From the NCBI GenBank assembly GCA_029547225.1, contig JAKPPS010000052.1:1-63219 (forward strand): DNA of 63,219 nucleotides. Direction: 5' to 3'. The notes under the pieces were generated by a model. It worked only from the letters and a program-made list of their open reading frames with translations. It did no database searches and was not told the DNA's origin. Positions 44,921 through 54,874 of the stretch are shown piece after piece (the stretch's first letter is position 1; every line of letters begins with the position of its first letter). Origin of the DNA: a bacterium (lineage in GTDB: Bacteria > Patescibacteriota > Dojkabacteria > SC72 > WJKH01). The position numbers and the translations under genes are program-made.

Positions 44921-45571
44921 TTAAAATAAATTGATTTTCTCAAGTAAATCCGCCTGAATATCTTCTATTGAAGGACTTGCATCAACTTCAATAAGGATTT
45001 TTCTGCTACGATATTCTTCTAATATTGGCTCAATAGTACGATTATATTCATCTAATCTGTTTGTAATCTTCTCAGGGTAATCGTCATCCCTCTGAATTAA
45101 GCCGATACCATCTTTATCGCATACGCCATCAACTATTGGTGGATTGTATTTCAAATGATATACGGATTTACACAAAGGACAAATTCTACGCATTGACATT
45201 CTCTCAATCGCAGTATCACGATCTAAATTTAAATGAATAAACGCATCTAGTTTTCGATTATATTTCTGCATCAACAGATCAAACATTGCTATCTGATCTG
45301 CTACTCTGACTACAGAAACAAAAATCCAGTTCTGGTTTGGATCATATTTAGATAACCATTTATCCAACATTCGATATGTTAGTTCGGAATCGACAAACTT
45401 ACCTACAGACCAAAGCTCATGTGCTTTTATACCATCCGGATCACCTTCCTCAAAAGTAGTACGAAACATTTCTCCTGTACCAATTTTGACGAATTTTAAC
45501 TTTGTTGCTAATAAATCAATCTGAGTATCTTTCCCGCAACCTGAAGGACCGTGAAATAAATATGTAAACAT
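44921..45571 (-). CDS. adk: Adenylate kinase with zinc-lid (start uncertain: 45571, 45616 or 45670)
   Basis: MFTYLFHGPSGCGKDTQ P-loop region, and a lid CPLCKSVYH...DGVCDKDG. It sits at the canonical secY-adk-map position. Confidence 0.85.
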   Translation of the reverse strand: MFTYLFHGPSGCGKDTQIDLLATKLKFVKIGTGEMFRTTFEEGDPDGIKAHELWSVGKFVDSELTYRMLDKWLSKYDPNQNWIFVSVVRVADQIAMFDLLMQKYNRKLDAFIHLNLDRDTAIERMSMRRICPLCKSVYHLKYNPPIVDGVCDKDGIGLIQRDDDYPEKITNRLDEYNRTIEPILEEYRSRKILIEVDASPSIEDIQADLLEKINLF

Positions 45572-45673
45572 AATATAAGAGATTAATGTTAAATAGAGCA
45601 CTGTATGCTCTAACATTCTATCATTTCTGAAAAATTGAGCAAACAACAAACAAAAGAAATCTACTGACAAAAA

Positions 45674-46957
45674 TTATATGTATTTATCGTAGCTCCTCAC
45701 AACTATCATTGATTCTATCTGCCTTTTAACCTCTAATACTACGCCAACTGCAATCAAGAAACCAGTACCAGATATGACCGTACTTTGTTCAATACCAGAA
45801 ATACTTAATAATCCTGGCAATACTGACAAAAGTGCTAAAAATGGCGCACCTACAGCAGTTAGTTTAAAAGAGGCTTTTCTTAAATATTGAGCGGTTGGTT
45901 TACCTGGTCTAATACCAGGAATGAAAGCTCCTTGTTTCTGAAAATTTTCAGCCAAATCATCTGCATTAAATACAATAGTTACATAAAAGAAGCAGAAACC
46001 GACTATAAGTAAAAATAAACCTACATTTTGTACCCATAAATTAGAAAGAATCAAATCAACTTTTTCAGCTATTAATGTAACTTTCTCACCAAGATCACGA
46101 GAAAGAAGGAAATTTGCTATTAATTGCGGGAACGTCAGCAATGAAGTAGCAAAAATAACTGGCATAACACCAAACTGAGTCAGTTTTATTGGAACATAAC
46201 TCTCATACGTCGCACCAGTACGGACCCTTCTAGAATACTGTACTTTTATGCGTTTTTCAGCATCAGAAATATAAACTACAGAAGTTACTGTAAATATCAT
46301 TACAAATATAAACGCTATTTTCTCAATAACATCCATAGTTAAGAAGTTATTTTGAATGCTACTTGGGATTCCGGCTAAAATACCTATAAAAATCAACATC
46401 GAGGAACCACCACCCAAACCTTTTTCGGATATTAGCTCACCAAACCACATCATAACCATTGATCCACCTGTAAGTGTTGCTATCAAAGCAATTAATTCTA
46501 GAGATCCAAGGTTCTCAACTAATGTAATTTGTGAGAAGCCCCTAAGCGTTGAATAAATCACAAAGGATTGCATAATTGCGAATGGTACAGTAAGAAATCG
46601 TGTAATCATACTAAGTTTCTTACGGCCTTCAACACCTTCTTTACGCATCTCTTCAAGTTTCGGAATAACTGACCCTAATAACTGTAATACTACAGAAGCG
46701 TTAATATATGGTGCTAAACCTATTGCTACAATAGATGCTGTCTCTAATACTCCACCTGATACTAATGAAACTAACTGACCGAAATTGCCACCTGTTTGAC
46801 TAAATAATTGTTTTATCGCATCAGCTTGAATACCTACGACAGGGATAGAAGCCAAAACTCTAAAAAATAGGATGATTAAAAGAGTAAAGATTATCTTATC
46901 GCGGATATCTTTAGTCTTAAATATTTGCGAAATAGTTGCAAGTAACTTGTTAAACAT
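45674..46957 (-). CDS. secY: Preprotein translocase subunit SecY
   Basis: 10-TM layout with motifs such as GIQADAI, LGLAPYINASVV-like and FIPGIRPGKPT. Confidence 0.95.
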   Translation of the reverse strand: MFNKLLATISQIFKTKDIRDKIIFTLLIILFFRVLASIPVVGIQADAIKQLFSQTGGNFGQLVSLVSGGVLETASIVAIGLAPYINASVVLQLLGSVIPKLEEMRKEGVEGRKKLSMITRFLTVPFAIMQSFVIYSTLRGFSQITLVENLGSLELIALIATLTGGSMVMMWFGELISEKGLGGGSSMLIFIGILAGIPSSIQNNFLTMDVIEKIAFIFVMIFTVTSVVYISDAEKRIKVQYSRRVRTGATYESYVPIKLTQFGVMPVIFATSLLTFPQLIANFLLSRDLGEKVTLIAEKVDLILSNLWVQNVGLFLLIVGFCFFYVTIVFNADDLAENFQKQGAFIPGIRPGKPTAQYLRKASFKLTAVGAPFLALLSVLPGLLSISGIEQSTVISGTGFLIAVGVVLEVKRQIESMIVVRSYDKYI

Positions 46958-46959
46958 AT

Positions 46960-47397
46960 TTATTTAATACTGCCTTTTGAAGCCAAGATCTTGCTTTTTG
47001 CGCTTTCAGATACCGATAAACCTTCAATAGTTAAAGGTTTAGTAATTTCGCCAACACCAAGAATCTTTGCTGCAACGGCTCTTTGTTTGATTAGTTTTTT
47101 CTCCTTTAAAGTATTGAGATTTACAACATCGTTTGCCTCGAAAGCTTCTTGTAACTGAGTAACATTTACTGGCTGGACATCTACTTTATTGAGGCTCTTA
47201 AAGCCATGATATTTAGGAAGTCTTTTGTATAGAGGAACATTACCACCTTCAAAGAAAATAAGTGATTTGTGACCAGTTCTTGAAGATTGCCCCTTACTAC
47301 CACGACCAACTGTATGGCCACCTTTTCCTGAACCGATACCTCTACCAAGGACTTTCTTCTTATAGATTCTATTGTTTCTCTTTATCTGATTTAACAT
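46960..47397 (-). CDS. rplO: 50S ribosomal protein L15
   Basis: GRGIGSGKGGHTVGRGSKGQSSR. Confidence 0.95.
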   Translation of the reverse strand: MLNQIKRNNRIYKKKVLGRGIGSGKGGHTVGRGSKGQSSRTGHKSLIFFEGGNVPLYKRLPKYHGFKSLNKVDVQPVNVTQLQEAFEANDVVNLNTLKEKKLIKQRAVAAKILGVGEITKPLTIEGLSVSESAKSKILASKGSIK

Positions 47398-47433
47398 TGG
47401 ATTTACAAACTCGTAAATTATTTATTAATATTA

Positions 47434-48156
47434 TTATGCCTTTTTATCACTTTCAACTGATGCCTCTTTTTTAGGTGCTTCTTTAACTTCTTTTACAGGA
47501 GTTTTGGTTGTCGTATCATGAGCTACTTTATTGTCACCAAATTTACGTCCATCTCTATCGAACCTACCTGCAAATCTACCACCTTTTTTCTCATCAAATT
47601 TCATTTTTCTTTTTAATGCTCTTTTTTTGAGATCTTTTTTAAGTCTTTCCTCATCCATTTTCTCTTTAAGTTCAATCCTACCTTGCATATTTTTCATTCT
47701 TGCTAAAACTCTCTTGTTTCTCAAGCTCAAGAGTGCTTTATATGCACAGTAAGTATTCGCAATAAGATCATTAGTACCTAATTGTTTTGCATAAACATTT
47801 TCAACACCTGCTAATTCCAAAACTGTACGGACTGAAGATCCTGCAATAACTCCAGTACCTGGTTTAGCTGGTCGCATAACAATAATTGCTGCACCATACT
47901 TCATTTGTACTTCATGTGGTATTGTATCACCGATTAATTGTACTCTTTTCATTGTTTTCTCAGCTTTTCGACTTGCCTTTTCTACTGCACTTTTCGTGTC
48001 ACTACCACGACCCAATGCAATACCAACTCTACCTTTACGATCCCCAGCAACAACCATAGAAGCAAACCTTAATCTTTTACTTCCAGCTGTTACTTTTGTA
48101 ACTCTTTTTACAACTATCGATTTTTTTTCAATTGAGAAATCGTCATTCATATTCAT
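47434..48156 (-). CDS. rpsE: 30S ribosomal protein S5 with ~85-aa basic C-terminal extension
   Basis: VKRVTKVTAGSKRLRFASMVVAGDRKGRVGIALG core. The tail is rich in K/R/E. Confidence 0.95.
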   Translation of the reverse strand: MNMNDDFSIEKKSIVVKRVTKVTAGSKRLRFASMVVAGDRKGRVGIALGRGSDTKSAVEKASRKAEKTMKRVQLIGDTIPHEVQMKYGAAIIVMRPAKPGTGVIAGSSVRTVLELAGVENVYAKQLGTNDLIANTYCAYKALLSLRNKRVLARMKNMQGRIELKEKMDEERLKKDLKKRALKRKMKFDEKKGGRFAGRFDRDGRKFGDNKVAHDTTTKTPVKEVKEAPKKEASVESDKKA

Positions 48157-48172
48157 AGCACGAATTTTTTAA

Positions 48173-48502
48173 TTAAATTGATATACCTGATTTTCTAATA
48201 CCATCTACTAAAGCTGTTAATCTCTTTCCGAATTTATAACCGCTTCTATCAAAGCAAGCTTTTGTATAACCAAGCTCCATTAATTTCTTACCAAATTCTT
48301 CACCTACTTTACCAGCTGACTGAGTATTTTTACTTGTTCTCATTCCAGCAATAACCTTACCTGTATCATCATTAGCACAAGCGACGTTAATAAACTTGTT
48401 ACTAATATATACATAAACTCTTGGTTTAAGTTCAGTACCACTCAAGGTTTTTCTAATATGTAATTTTCTTCTTTGTCTTGCTTTTTCGCTTGTTTTTTTC
48501 AT
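48173..48502 (-). CDS. rplR: 50S ribosomal protein L18
   Basis: RRKLHIRKTLSGT..PRVYVYISNKFI...FDRSGYKFGKRLTALVDGIRKSG. Confidence 0.95.
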   Translation of the reverse strand: MKKTSEKARQRRKLHIRKTLSGTELKPRVYVYISNKFINVACANDDTGKVIAGMRTSKNTQSAGKVGEEFGKKLMELGYTKACFDRSGYKFGKRLTALVDGIRKSGISI

Positions 48503-48521
48503 ATCAATATTTCACTAAAAT

Positions 48522-49067
48522 TTACTTGGTAGCAGCTGCAGATTTAGCACTCTTGCGTCTGATTACCTCGTAATCATATTTAATACCTTTCCCCTTATAT
48601 GGTTCAGGTTTCTTCAAACTTCTAATTTTTGCGGCAACTTGGCCGACTTTCTGTTTATCAATACCTTTCAATATAATTGTAACTTCATCAGGAACCTCAG
48701 CTGTAATACCTTCAGGTACAACATAAACTACTGGGTGGTTGTAACCAAGTGAAAATGAAAGATCTTTACCTTGCATCTTAACTCTGTAACCTACACCCAT
48801 AATCTCGAGCTTCTTTGTATAACCCTCTGATACTCCTTCAATCATATTTGCAATCAACATCCTGTATGTTCCATGTAATGCTTTTGTAGGTAGCAATTCA
48901 TTTTTTCGAGTAACATTAAGAACACCATCTACCATTTCATAATTAAGGTTATCATCAAGCTTCATGCTTAATTCACCGAGCTTACCTTTTACAGTAATGT
49001 CGTTACCATTAATATTTACTTCAACACCCTCTTTAATTTTGATTGGATCTAATCCGATTCGTGACAT
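48522..49067 (-). CDS. rplF: 50S ribosomal protein L6
   Basis: MSRIGLDPIKI start (ATG at 49067). The track's TTG at 49079 would overlap rpsH. Confidence 0.93.
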   Translation of the reverse strand: MSRIGLDPIKIKEGVEVNINGNDITVKGKLGELSMKLDDNLNYEMVDGVLNVTRKNELLPTKALHGTYRMLIANMIEGVSEGYTKKLEIMGVGYRVKMQGKDLSFSLGYNHPVVYVVPEGITAEVPDEVTIILKGIDKQKVGQVAAKIRSLKKPEPYKGKGIKYDYEVIRRKSAKSAAATK

Positions 49068-49072
49068 AATTT

Positions 49073-49447
49073 TTACCAAACTTTACATAAATATTCTCCA
49101 CCAAGTTTTTTTGACTTGGCAACTGAGCCACTCATTACTCCAGCAGATGTACTTATTATTGAAATACCTCTACCATTCATTATAGGAACAATTTGTGAAC
49201 TCGTTACATAGATTCTCTGTCCAGGTGTACTTACTTTTTCGAAATGTGTAACAACTGGTTCATTATCTTCACTCTTAAAAAAAACCTTGATACCACCATC
49301 AACCTCTTCATAAGACTCGATCATCGATTCCCTTTTAAGGACTTCAAGAACTGCAAGAACGAGCTTTGACTTTAATACTACTGTATCAGCCTTATCTACT
49401 AATATTGCATTTTGTAACCTTGCTAATGTATCAGCTAAAATATCCAT
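49073..49447 (-). CDS. rpsH: 30S ribosomal protein S8
   Basis: DILADTLARLQNA ... GGEYLCKVW. Confidence 0.95.
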   Translation of the reverse strand: MDILADTLARLQNAILVDKADTVVLKSKLVLAVLEVLKRESMIESYEEVDGGIKVFFKSEDNEPVVTHFEKVSTPGQRIYVTSSQIVPIMNGRGISIISTSAGVMSGSVAKSKKLGGEYLCKVW

Positions 49448-49468
49448 TTTATCTTATTAATATATAAA

Positions 49469-49663
49469 TTACCAACTTGATTTTATAACACCTGGGATAT
49501 CTCCCTGATGTGCAAGTTTTCTAAAACAAATTCTACACATATCAAACTCTCTCATGTAACCTCTTCTCCTACCACAGATTCTACACCTGTTATAAGGTCT
49601 TGAAGCAAATTTAGAGAATTTCTTTAACTTTTTCGCTTGTAATTCTTTTGAACTAGTTGACAT
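49469..49663 (-). CDS. rpsN: 30S ribosomal protein S14, zinc-binding (type Z)
   Basis: [41 protein letters not shown] at 49663 is preferred over TTG at 49684. Confidence 0.93.
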   Translation of the reverse strand: MSTSSKELQAKKLKKFSKFASRPYNRCRICGRRRGYMREFDMCRICFRKLAHQGDIPGVIKSSW

Positions 49664-50204
49664 TCTTTGCAAATGGGAATCCAAACTTATCTAAAAACAA
49701 CTTCGTATATTCATCTTTTGGTGATCTAAAATTCATAACAACCTGTAAACCTCTAATCTTCTGAACCTTATTAGTATCAATTTCAGGAAAAATAGTATGC
49801 TCTTTAATACCAAAGGAATAATTACCATTACCATCGAATGATTTCGTTGGCAAGCCTCTAAAGTCTTTTGTTCTTGGCAAAACGACATTTATAAGTTTAT
49901 CAAAGAAATCCCACATCCTTTTACCCCTCAAGGTAACTGAAACACCGATTTCCATACCTGGTCGCAATTTAAAGCTAGATACAGCGACACGAGCCTTATT
50001 GATTACTGGTTTCTGCCCTGTAATTGTCGCTAATACTTCCTCTACTTCTTTAATTGCTTGTCCATTGGTTACTGCTTCACCAACACCTGAGTTAACTGTG
50101 ATTTTCTTCAAAACAGGAACTTGCATAAAATTATCAAGTTTTAACTCTATCATCAGCTCTTTACTTATTCGGTTTTTATATTCTGTATATAATCTAGATT
50201 CCAT
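49653..50204 (-). CDS. rplE: 50S ribosomal protein L5
   Basis: [16 protein letters not shown] ... [16 protein letters not shown]. Confidence 0.95.
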   Translation of the reverse strand: MESRLYTEYKNRISKELMIELKLDNFMQVPVLKKITVNSGVGEAVTNGQAIKEVEEVLATITGQKPVINKARVAVSSFKLRPGMEIGVSVTLRGKRMWDFFDKLINVVLPRTKDFRGLPTKSFDGNGNYSFGIKEHTIFPEIDTNKVQKIRGLQVVMNFRSPKDEYTKLFLDKFGFPFAKNVN

Positions 50205-50213
50205 ATTTTTTTA

Positions 50214-50636
50214 TTACTCTTTTTTAGTTTCTTTCTTAACTTTGTTTTTTACAACTTTCTTAACTTTAGATTCCTTTTCTTCATTAGAACTCTTGGCTTT
50301 ATGTGCCTTTGCTTCTTTCACCTCTATATTATCAAGGATCATACCACACTTTTTACAAAATCTTACTCTCTTACCATTTTCCATCTTAATACCTACTCGA
50401 GTTGGTTTACCACATCCTGGACATACCAACATAACTTTTGCTACTGGCATTGGTTTTACAACTGTAACGATCTCTGACTTCTTCTCTCTATTATCACCCT
50501 TAACATGCTTTTTAAATTCATTAAGTCCATCAACAACAACTTTGTCTAACTTCGCAAATACAGAGATTACTTTACCCTGCTTACCAGCATCTTTACCATA
50601 TAAAACTTTTACTGTATCACCTTTTTTAATATTCAT
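50214..50636 (-). CDS. rplX: 50S ribosomal protein L24 with zinc-ribbon cysteines and Lys-rich C-terminal tail
   Basis: [26 protein letters not shown] motif, CPGCGKPTRVG...FCKKCG, and tail KVKKVVKNKVKKETKKE. Confidence 0.95.
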   Translation of the reverse strand: MNIKKGDTVKVLYGKDAGKQGKVISVFAKLDKVVVDGLNEFKKHVKGDNREKKSEIVTVVKPMPVAKVMLVCPGCGKPTRVGIKMENGKRVRFCKKCGMILDNIEVKEAKAHKAKSSNEEKESKVKKVVKNKVKKETKKE

Positions 50637-51007
50637 TATAGTACCTCCGGTGCTAATGAAATAATTTTATCATAACCCTTCTCTTTCAACTCTCTTGCAA
50701 CTGGTCCAAATATTCTTGTACCAATTGGAGTCTTCTTTGTTGGTTCAATAATTACCACAGCATTATCGTCAAATCTGATATATGATCCATCTTTACGCCT
50801 AATCTCTTTTGCTGTCCTAACTATTACTGCTTTTGTAACCTCATGTGCTCGAACTGTACCTTTTGGTAAAGCATCATTAACTGCTATTGTAACAATCTCA
50901 CCAACTGTAGCCCATCTTCTATGAGATGAACCAGGGATACCGATTATTTTAGCGGTCTTTGCACCTGTATTATCAGCAACTTTTACTTGACTATATGGCT
51001 GTAGCAT
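50636..51007 (-). CDS. rplN: 50S ribosomal protein L14
   Basis: [17 protein letters not shown]... Confidence 0.95.
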   Translation of the reverse strand: MLQPYSQVKVADNTGAKTAKIIGIPGSSHRRWATVGEIVTIAVNDALPKGTVRAHEVTKAVIVRTAKEIRRKDGSYIRFDDNAVVIIEPTKKTPIGTRIFGPVARELKEKGYDKIISLAPEVL

Positions 51008-51248
51008 CTACTTTTTTAATAACAACCCAACTAACTAATTTAGAATAAGGCTTTGACTCAGCTATTAAAACCTTGTCTCCCTCATTTAACTCAATATCTG
51101 TATGAACTAAAAAGTTCCTAACTCTACGCAAAATCTTATGGTATCTAGGATGCCTAATTGATCTCTCAACGGAGACTTTAACTGTCTTTTGCATCTTTGT
51201 ACTTACTACCGTACCTACTAATTGTTTTATGTTTTTTGTTTTTTCCAT
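50991..51248 (-). CDS. rpsQ: 30S ribosomal protein S17
   Basis: [29 protein letters not shown]. Confidence 0.95.
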   Translation of the reverse strand: MEKTKNIKQLVGTVVSTKMQKTVKVSVERSIRHPRYHKILRRVRNFLVHTDIELNEGDKVLIAESKPYSKLVSWVVIKKVDATAI

Positions 51249-51329
51249 GTTTTCAAATAGTTAATAGTTTGAGAACAGCTTGTATTTTACCAAGTTCAGT
51301 CAAATAAATCAATCCCAAACGCTTATTAA

Positions 51330-51743
51330 TTATATTGTCGATTTTGCAATGAACTTTGTTGCCAACGATAGCTTATTACTAGCAAGCCTAAGTGCCTCTT
51401 TAGATACATCTTCTGGTAAACCTGCAATCTCAAATAGTATTGTACCTGGTTTTACAACAGCTACATAACCTTCAACATCTCCTTTACCACCAAGCATTTT
51501 CGAGTTATTTGGTTTCTGAGTATATGGCTTTGAAGGAAAAATTTTGATCCAAACTTTACCTTTTCTTTTTGTGTATCCTGCGATAGCTCTACGAGCTGCC
51601 TCAATCTCTCTAGCATTTACCCAACCACATTCCAAAGCTTTTATACCATACTCTCCATAAGAGATCTGGTTATTAGCAGTTGCCAATCCCTTCATCTTGC
51701 CTCTAAACTCTTTTCTATGTTTTTGTTGTTTTGGTTGTAACAT
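51330..51743 (-). CDS. rplP: 50S ribosomal protein L16
   Basis: MLQPKQQKHRKEFRGKMKG ... REIEAARRA. Confidence 0.95.
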   Translation of the reverse strand: MLQPKQQKHRKEFRGKMKGLATANNQISYGEYGIKALECGWVNAREIEAARRAIAGYTKRKGKVWIKIFPSKPYTQKPNNSKMLGGKGDVEGYVAVVKPGTILFEIAGLPEDVSKEALRLASNKLSLATKFIAKSTI

Positions 51744-51766
51744 ATTCGTAACTAAATATTATCTAA

Positions 51767-52402
51767 TTATTTTGATTCTTTTTTCTTGTAATAAATCCAA
51801 ACTTTTATACCGAAAATACCAAGTTCTCTTGTAGACGCTCTTTCCTCTGCATAGTCTAAATCTGCTTTGATTGTTTGCAATGGAACTTGCCCAACAGAAA
51901 TTTTTACAACTCTTGCTTGACTTGCACCATTGATACGACCAGAGACCCAGATTTTAACACCATCTGCTCCAGCAGCAACGGCCTTAGTCTTTGCATTCTC
52001 CATGGCTGGTTTCAATGGCAATCTATGCTCCAAAGCATCTGCAATTGATCTTGCTAATATTCTTGCTGATAAATCAGCTTTCTTAACTTCATTAATATTA
52101 ATATTTGCCTGTAACTTTGTCATTTTTGAAATATCTTTTTTCATGAGATCCATAGCTGAACCACCTCTACCTATAGCAACACCTGGTCTTGCAACATATA
52201 CTGTTACATCGATAGTATTTTCACCTCTACGGATAACAATATTATCTAAGCCAGCCAGATTTAATTTATCCTTAATATATTTTTTGACTTGCAAATCTTG
52301 ATGCAGAGCCTCAATATAATCTTGACCCTTATTAAACCACAATGAATTCCAAGTTTTACTTACGCCCAATCTTAATGCATGAGCGCTCATTTTGTTACCC
52401 AT
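51767..52402 (-). CDS. rpsC: 30S ribosomal protein S3
   Basis: GNKMSAHALRLGVSKTWNSLWF, and a KH domain (VARPGVAIGRGG). Confidence 0.95.
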   Translation of the reverse strand: MGNKMSAHALRLGVSKTWNSLWFNKGQDYIEALHQDLQVKKYIKDKLNLAGLDNIVIRRGENTIDVTVYVARPGVAIGRGGSAMDLMKKDISKMTKLQANININEVKKADLSARILARSIADALEHRLPLKPAMENAKTKAVAAGADGVKIWVSGRINGASQARVVKISVGQVPLQTIKADLDYAEERASTRELGIFGIKVWIYYKKKESK

Positions 52403-52403
52403 A

Positions 52404-52757
52404 TTACTTTTCAGACAAAATCAAATTTATATGTGACCTTCTTTTGATCAATCGAGCTACTCTACTTCTCGAAGCAAATCGTACACCTCTTCTGGATGGA
52501 GCTTCATCAACTGAAATACTTGATACAACAAGTTCTTTAGCTGGGATACCCTTTAAGGAGTTTGCATTTGCTACTGCTGATTCCAATACTTTCAAAACCA
52601 TATCAGATCCCTTTTTATTCAAAAATTTTAGCTCATCGATAGCAGTCTGAGCATTTTTATTTCTAATCAGGTTTGCTACCAATCTCAATTTCAAAGGAGA
52701 CATCATCAAATTTCTTGAATATGCTTTAAATTGTAATTTGTTATTTTCTGTATTCAT
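52404..52757 (-). CDS. rplV: 50S ribosomal protein L22
   Basis: SPLKLRLVANLIRNK ... operon position. Confidence 0.93.
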   Translation of the reverse strand: MNTENNKLQFKAYSRNLMMSPLKLRLVANLIRNKNAQTAIDELKFLNKKGSDMVLKVLESAVANANSLKGIPAKELVVSSISVDEAPSRRGVRFASRSRVARLIKRRSHINLILSEK

Positions 52758-52768
52758 ACTTTTAACTA

Positions 52769-53071
52769 TTATTCGACTCTACCAGAGCCACCATAAACTT
52801 TAGATATTTTACCTTTTTTAGCATGTCCTAAAAATGTTCTAGTTTTCGCAAATTCACCAAGCCTATTTCCAATCATTGATTCTATAACTAATACATTTTC
52901 AAATTTCTTTCCGTTGTGAACTGCAAATGTTAATCCGACCATATCTGGTACAATAACTGAATCTCGAGCCCAAGTCTTGATTACGGTTCTTGAACCAGTT
53001 TCCAAAGCTTTAGCAACTTTCTTCATTAACTTTTCATCTGTGTATACACCTTTTTTAATAGATCTTGACAT
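52769..53071 (-). CDS. rpsS: 30S ribosomal protein S19
   Basis: [12 protein letters not shown] ... FAVHNGKKF ... [12 protein letters not shown]. Confidence 0.95.
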   Translation of the reverse strand: MSRSIKKGVYTDEKLMKKVAKALETGSRTVIKTWARDSVIVPDMVGLTFAVHNGKKFENVLVIESMIGNRLGEFAKTRTFLGHAKKGKISKVYGGSGRVE

Positions 53072-53096
53072 CTGTATTTACAATCTTATATTTAAA

Positions 53097-53942
53097 TTAT
53101 GCCTTATCAGGCCTTGTACGAACTTTTCTACGGCTAACAATATATTTTTGAGTTCTCTTATTTTTTCGTGTTTTTGTACCAACTCTATGTCCCCAAATAT
53201 CTTTAGCTCTACCGATAACACCTTTACCTTCACCACCACCATGTGGATGTTGTACTGCATGCATAGCCATACCTCTTACAGTTGGTCTCCAACCTAAATT
53301 TCTTCTACGTCCCGCTTTACCCATCTTAACATTTACCCACTCTTCATTACCGATCTGACCAATTGTAGCCATACACTCACCATTAATTAACCTGATTTCT
53401 CCTGATGGCATTTTAACCTGTACATATTTTCCACTTGGATCAAAACCTTGGACCAAAACCGAATTACCAGCTGATCTTGCAATTGCTGCTCCATTTCCAG
53501 GTACTATCTCAACCGAGCTTACCAATGTGCCTGATGGAATATTTTTGATCTTCATAGCGTTACCAAGTAAGACATCAGTCTGTTCATCCGAAACAACTAC
53601 ATCACCAACCTTTAATCCTTTAAGTGCATTAATAAGCCTTTTATCTCCGTCTACATAAGTCAAAAGAGCCAAATTCGCTGTTCTGTTAGGATCATAATGA
53701 ATTGCCGTAACAGTAGCTTTAACTCCAAATTTATTTCTCTTATAATCAACAATTCTTACTCTTCTCTTAAAACCACCACCTCTATGCCTTACCGTAACTT
53801 TTCCTTGATCGTTTCGACCAGATTTTTTCTTTTTAGCTACAGTTAATAGCCTTGGTGCTTTTTCTTTTGAAAGATCTGAACTTCTAAGAAGTTTTGTTGC
53901 TCTCAATGTTGATGTTTTTGGTTTATAATTCTTAATAGCCAC
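53097..53942 (-). CDS. rplB: 50S ribosomal protein L2
   Basis: MAIKNYKPKTSTLR ... HPHGGGEGK. Confidence 0.95.
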   Translation of the reverse strand: MAIKNYKPKTSTLRATKLLRSSDLSKEKAPRLLTVAKKKKSGRNDQGKVTVRHRGGGFKRRVRIVDYKRNKFGVKATVTAIHYDPNRTANLALLTYVDGDKRLINALKGLKVGDVVVSDEQTDVLLGNAMKIKNIPSGTLVSSVEIVPGNGAAIARSAGNSVLVQGFDPSGKYVQVKMPSGEIRLINGECMATIGQIGNEEWVNVKMGKAGRRRNLGWRPTVRGMAMHAVQHPHGGGEGKGVIGRAKDIWGHRVGTKTRKNKRTQKYIVSRRKVRTRPDKA

Positions 53943-53956
53943 TTTAGTATTTTTCT

Positions 53957-54268
53957 TTATATCTTAACAAAATCTTTAATTGAATCACCTTTTTTAAGCG
54001 TTACAATAGCTTTTTTAGTATCAACTTTACGAGTTTTACTATTAGTCTTGTAGTTTCTTGACATTTTACCTGGTCTGTTTACTGTATTAACTTTCACTAC
54101 TTTTACTTTATATTTATCCTCAACAGCTTTTGCTATTTGGATCTTTTCTGTGTCCATAGGTACATAAAAAGAATATTTAGCTTGAGAATCTGCACTTGAG
54201 AAAGACTTCTCAGAAACGACTCTATCCAAACTAATTTCAATTTTGTTTTCTATCTTTTTTTCAGCCAT
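53957..54268 (-). CDS. rplW: 50S ribosomal protein L23
   Basis: Size and position between rplD and rplB. YSFYVPMDTEKIQIAKAVEDKYKVKVVKVNT. Confidence 0.9.
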   Translation of the reverse strand: MAEKKIENKIEISLDRVVSEKSFSSADSQAKYSFYVPMDTEKIQIAKAVEDKYKVKVVKVNTVNRPGKMSRNYKTNSKTRKVDTKKAIVTLKKGDSIKDFVKI

Positions 54269-54270
54269 AT

Positions 54271-54873
54271 CTACTTACTTAATATTTCTTCTATCTTATT
54301 TACAGCATTTTTATCAACAAAAATCTGTTTTGATCTTGTTATATCATACACATTGATTGAAGATGGTCTGGAAATATTTACATCTTCTACATTTCTAAGA
54401 CCAAGTACCACCTCTTTTTTATCAGATATCAATGTTAATGAACCCTTATTTTTAAGTGCAAGTAATTCTGTCCTTGCTTTTTTAGTTGTATCTGATCCAT
54501 CAAAATCTACAAAAAATAGTTTATCAGTTTTAAGCATACGAGCAATTGCAGACCTCATAGCTTTTCTATTCATTTTTTTATTAATTTTGCGAGACCAATT
54601 AGTATCAGTTGAAGGTCCGAAAGTTACACCACCTTTATACCACAACGGTGAACGAATTGAACCTTGTCTTGCACGACCTGTACCCTTTTGAGCCCAAGGT
54701 TTGCGACCACCACCATCAACCTCTGCTCTTGTCTTAGCATTAGCTTTACTCTGTCGTTGATTGCTCAAATAAACCAAAACTGCTTGAGAAATCAAATCCT
54801 CAGAGTATGTTTCTGCCCAAACTTTATCATTTAACTCAATTTCTGTTTTACTGTTTAATATTGTCGCTTTCAT
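54271..54873 (-). CDS. rplD: 50S ribosomal protein L4
   Basis: GGGRKPWAQKGTGRARQGSIRSPLWYKGGVTFGP. Confidence 0.95.
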   Translation of the reverse strand: MKATILNSKTEIELNDKVWAETYSEDLISQAVLVYLSNQRQSKANAKTRAEVDGGGRKPWAQKGTGRARQGSIRSPLWYKGGVTFGPSTDTNWSRKINKKMNRKAMRSAIARMLKTDKLFFVDFDGSDTTKKARTELLALKNKGSLTLISDKKEVVLGLRNVEDVNISRPSSINVYDITRSKQIFVDKNAVNKIEEILSK

Positions 54874-54874
54874 A

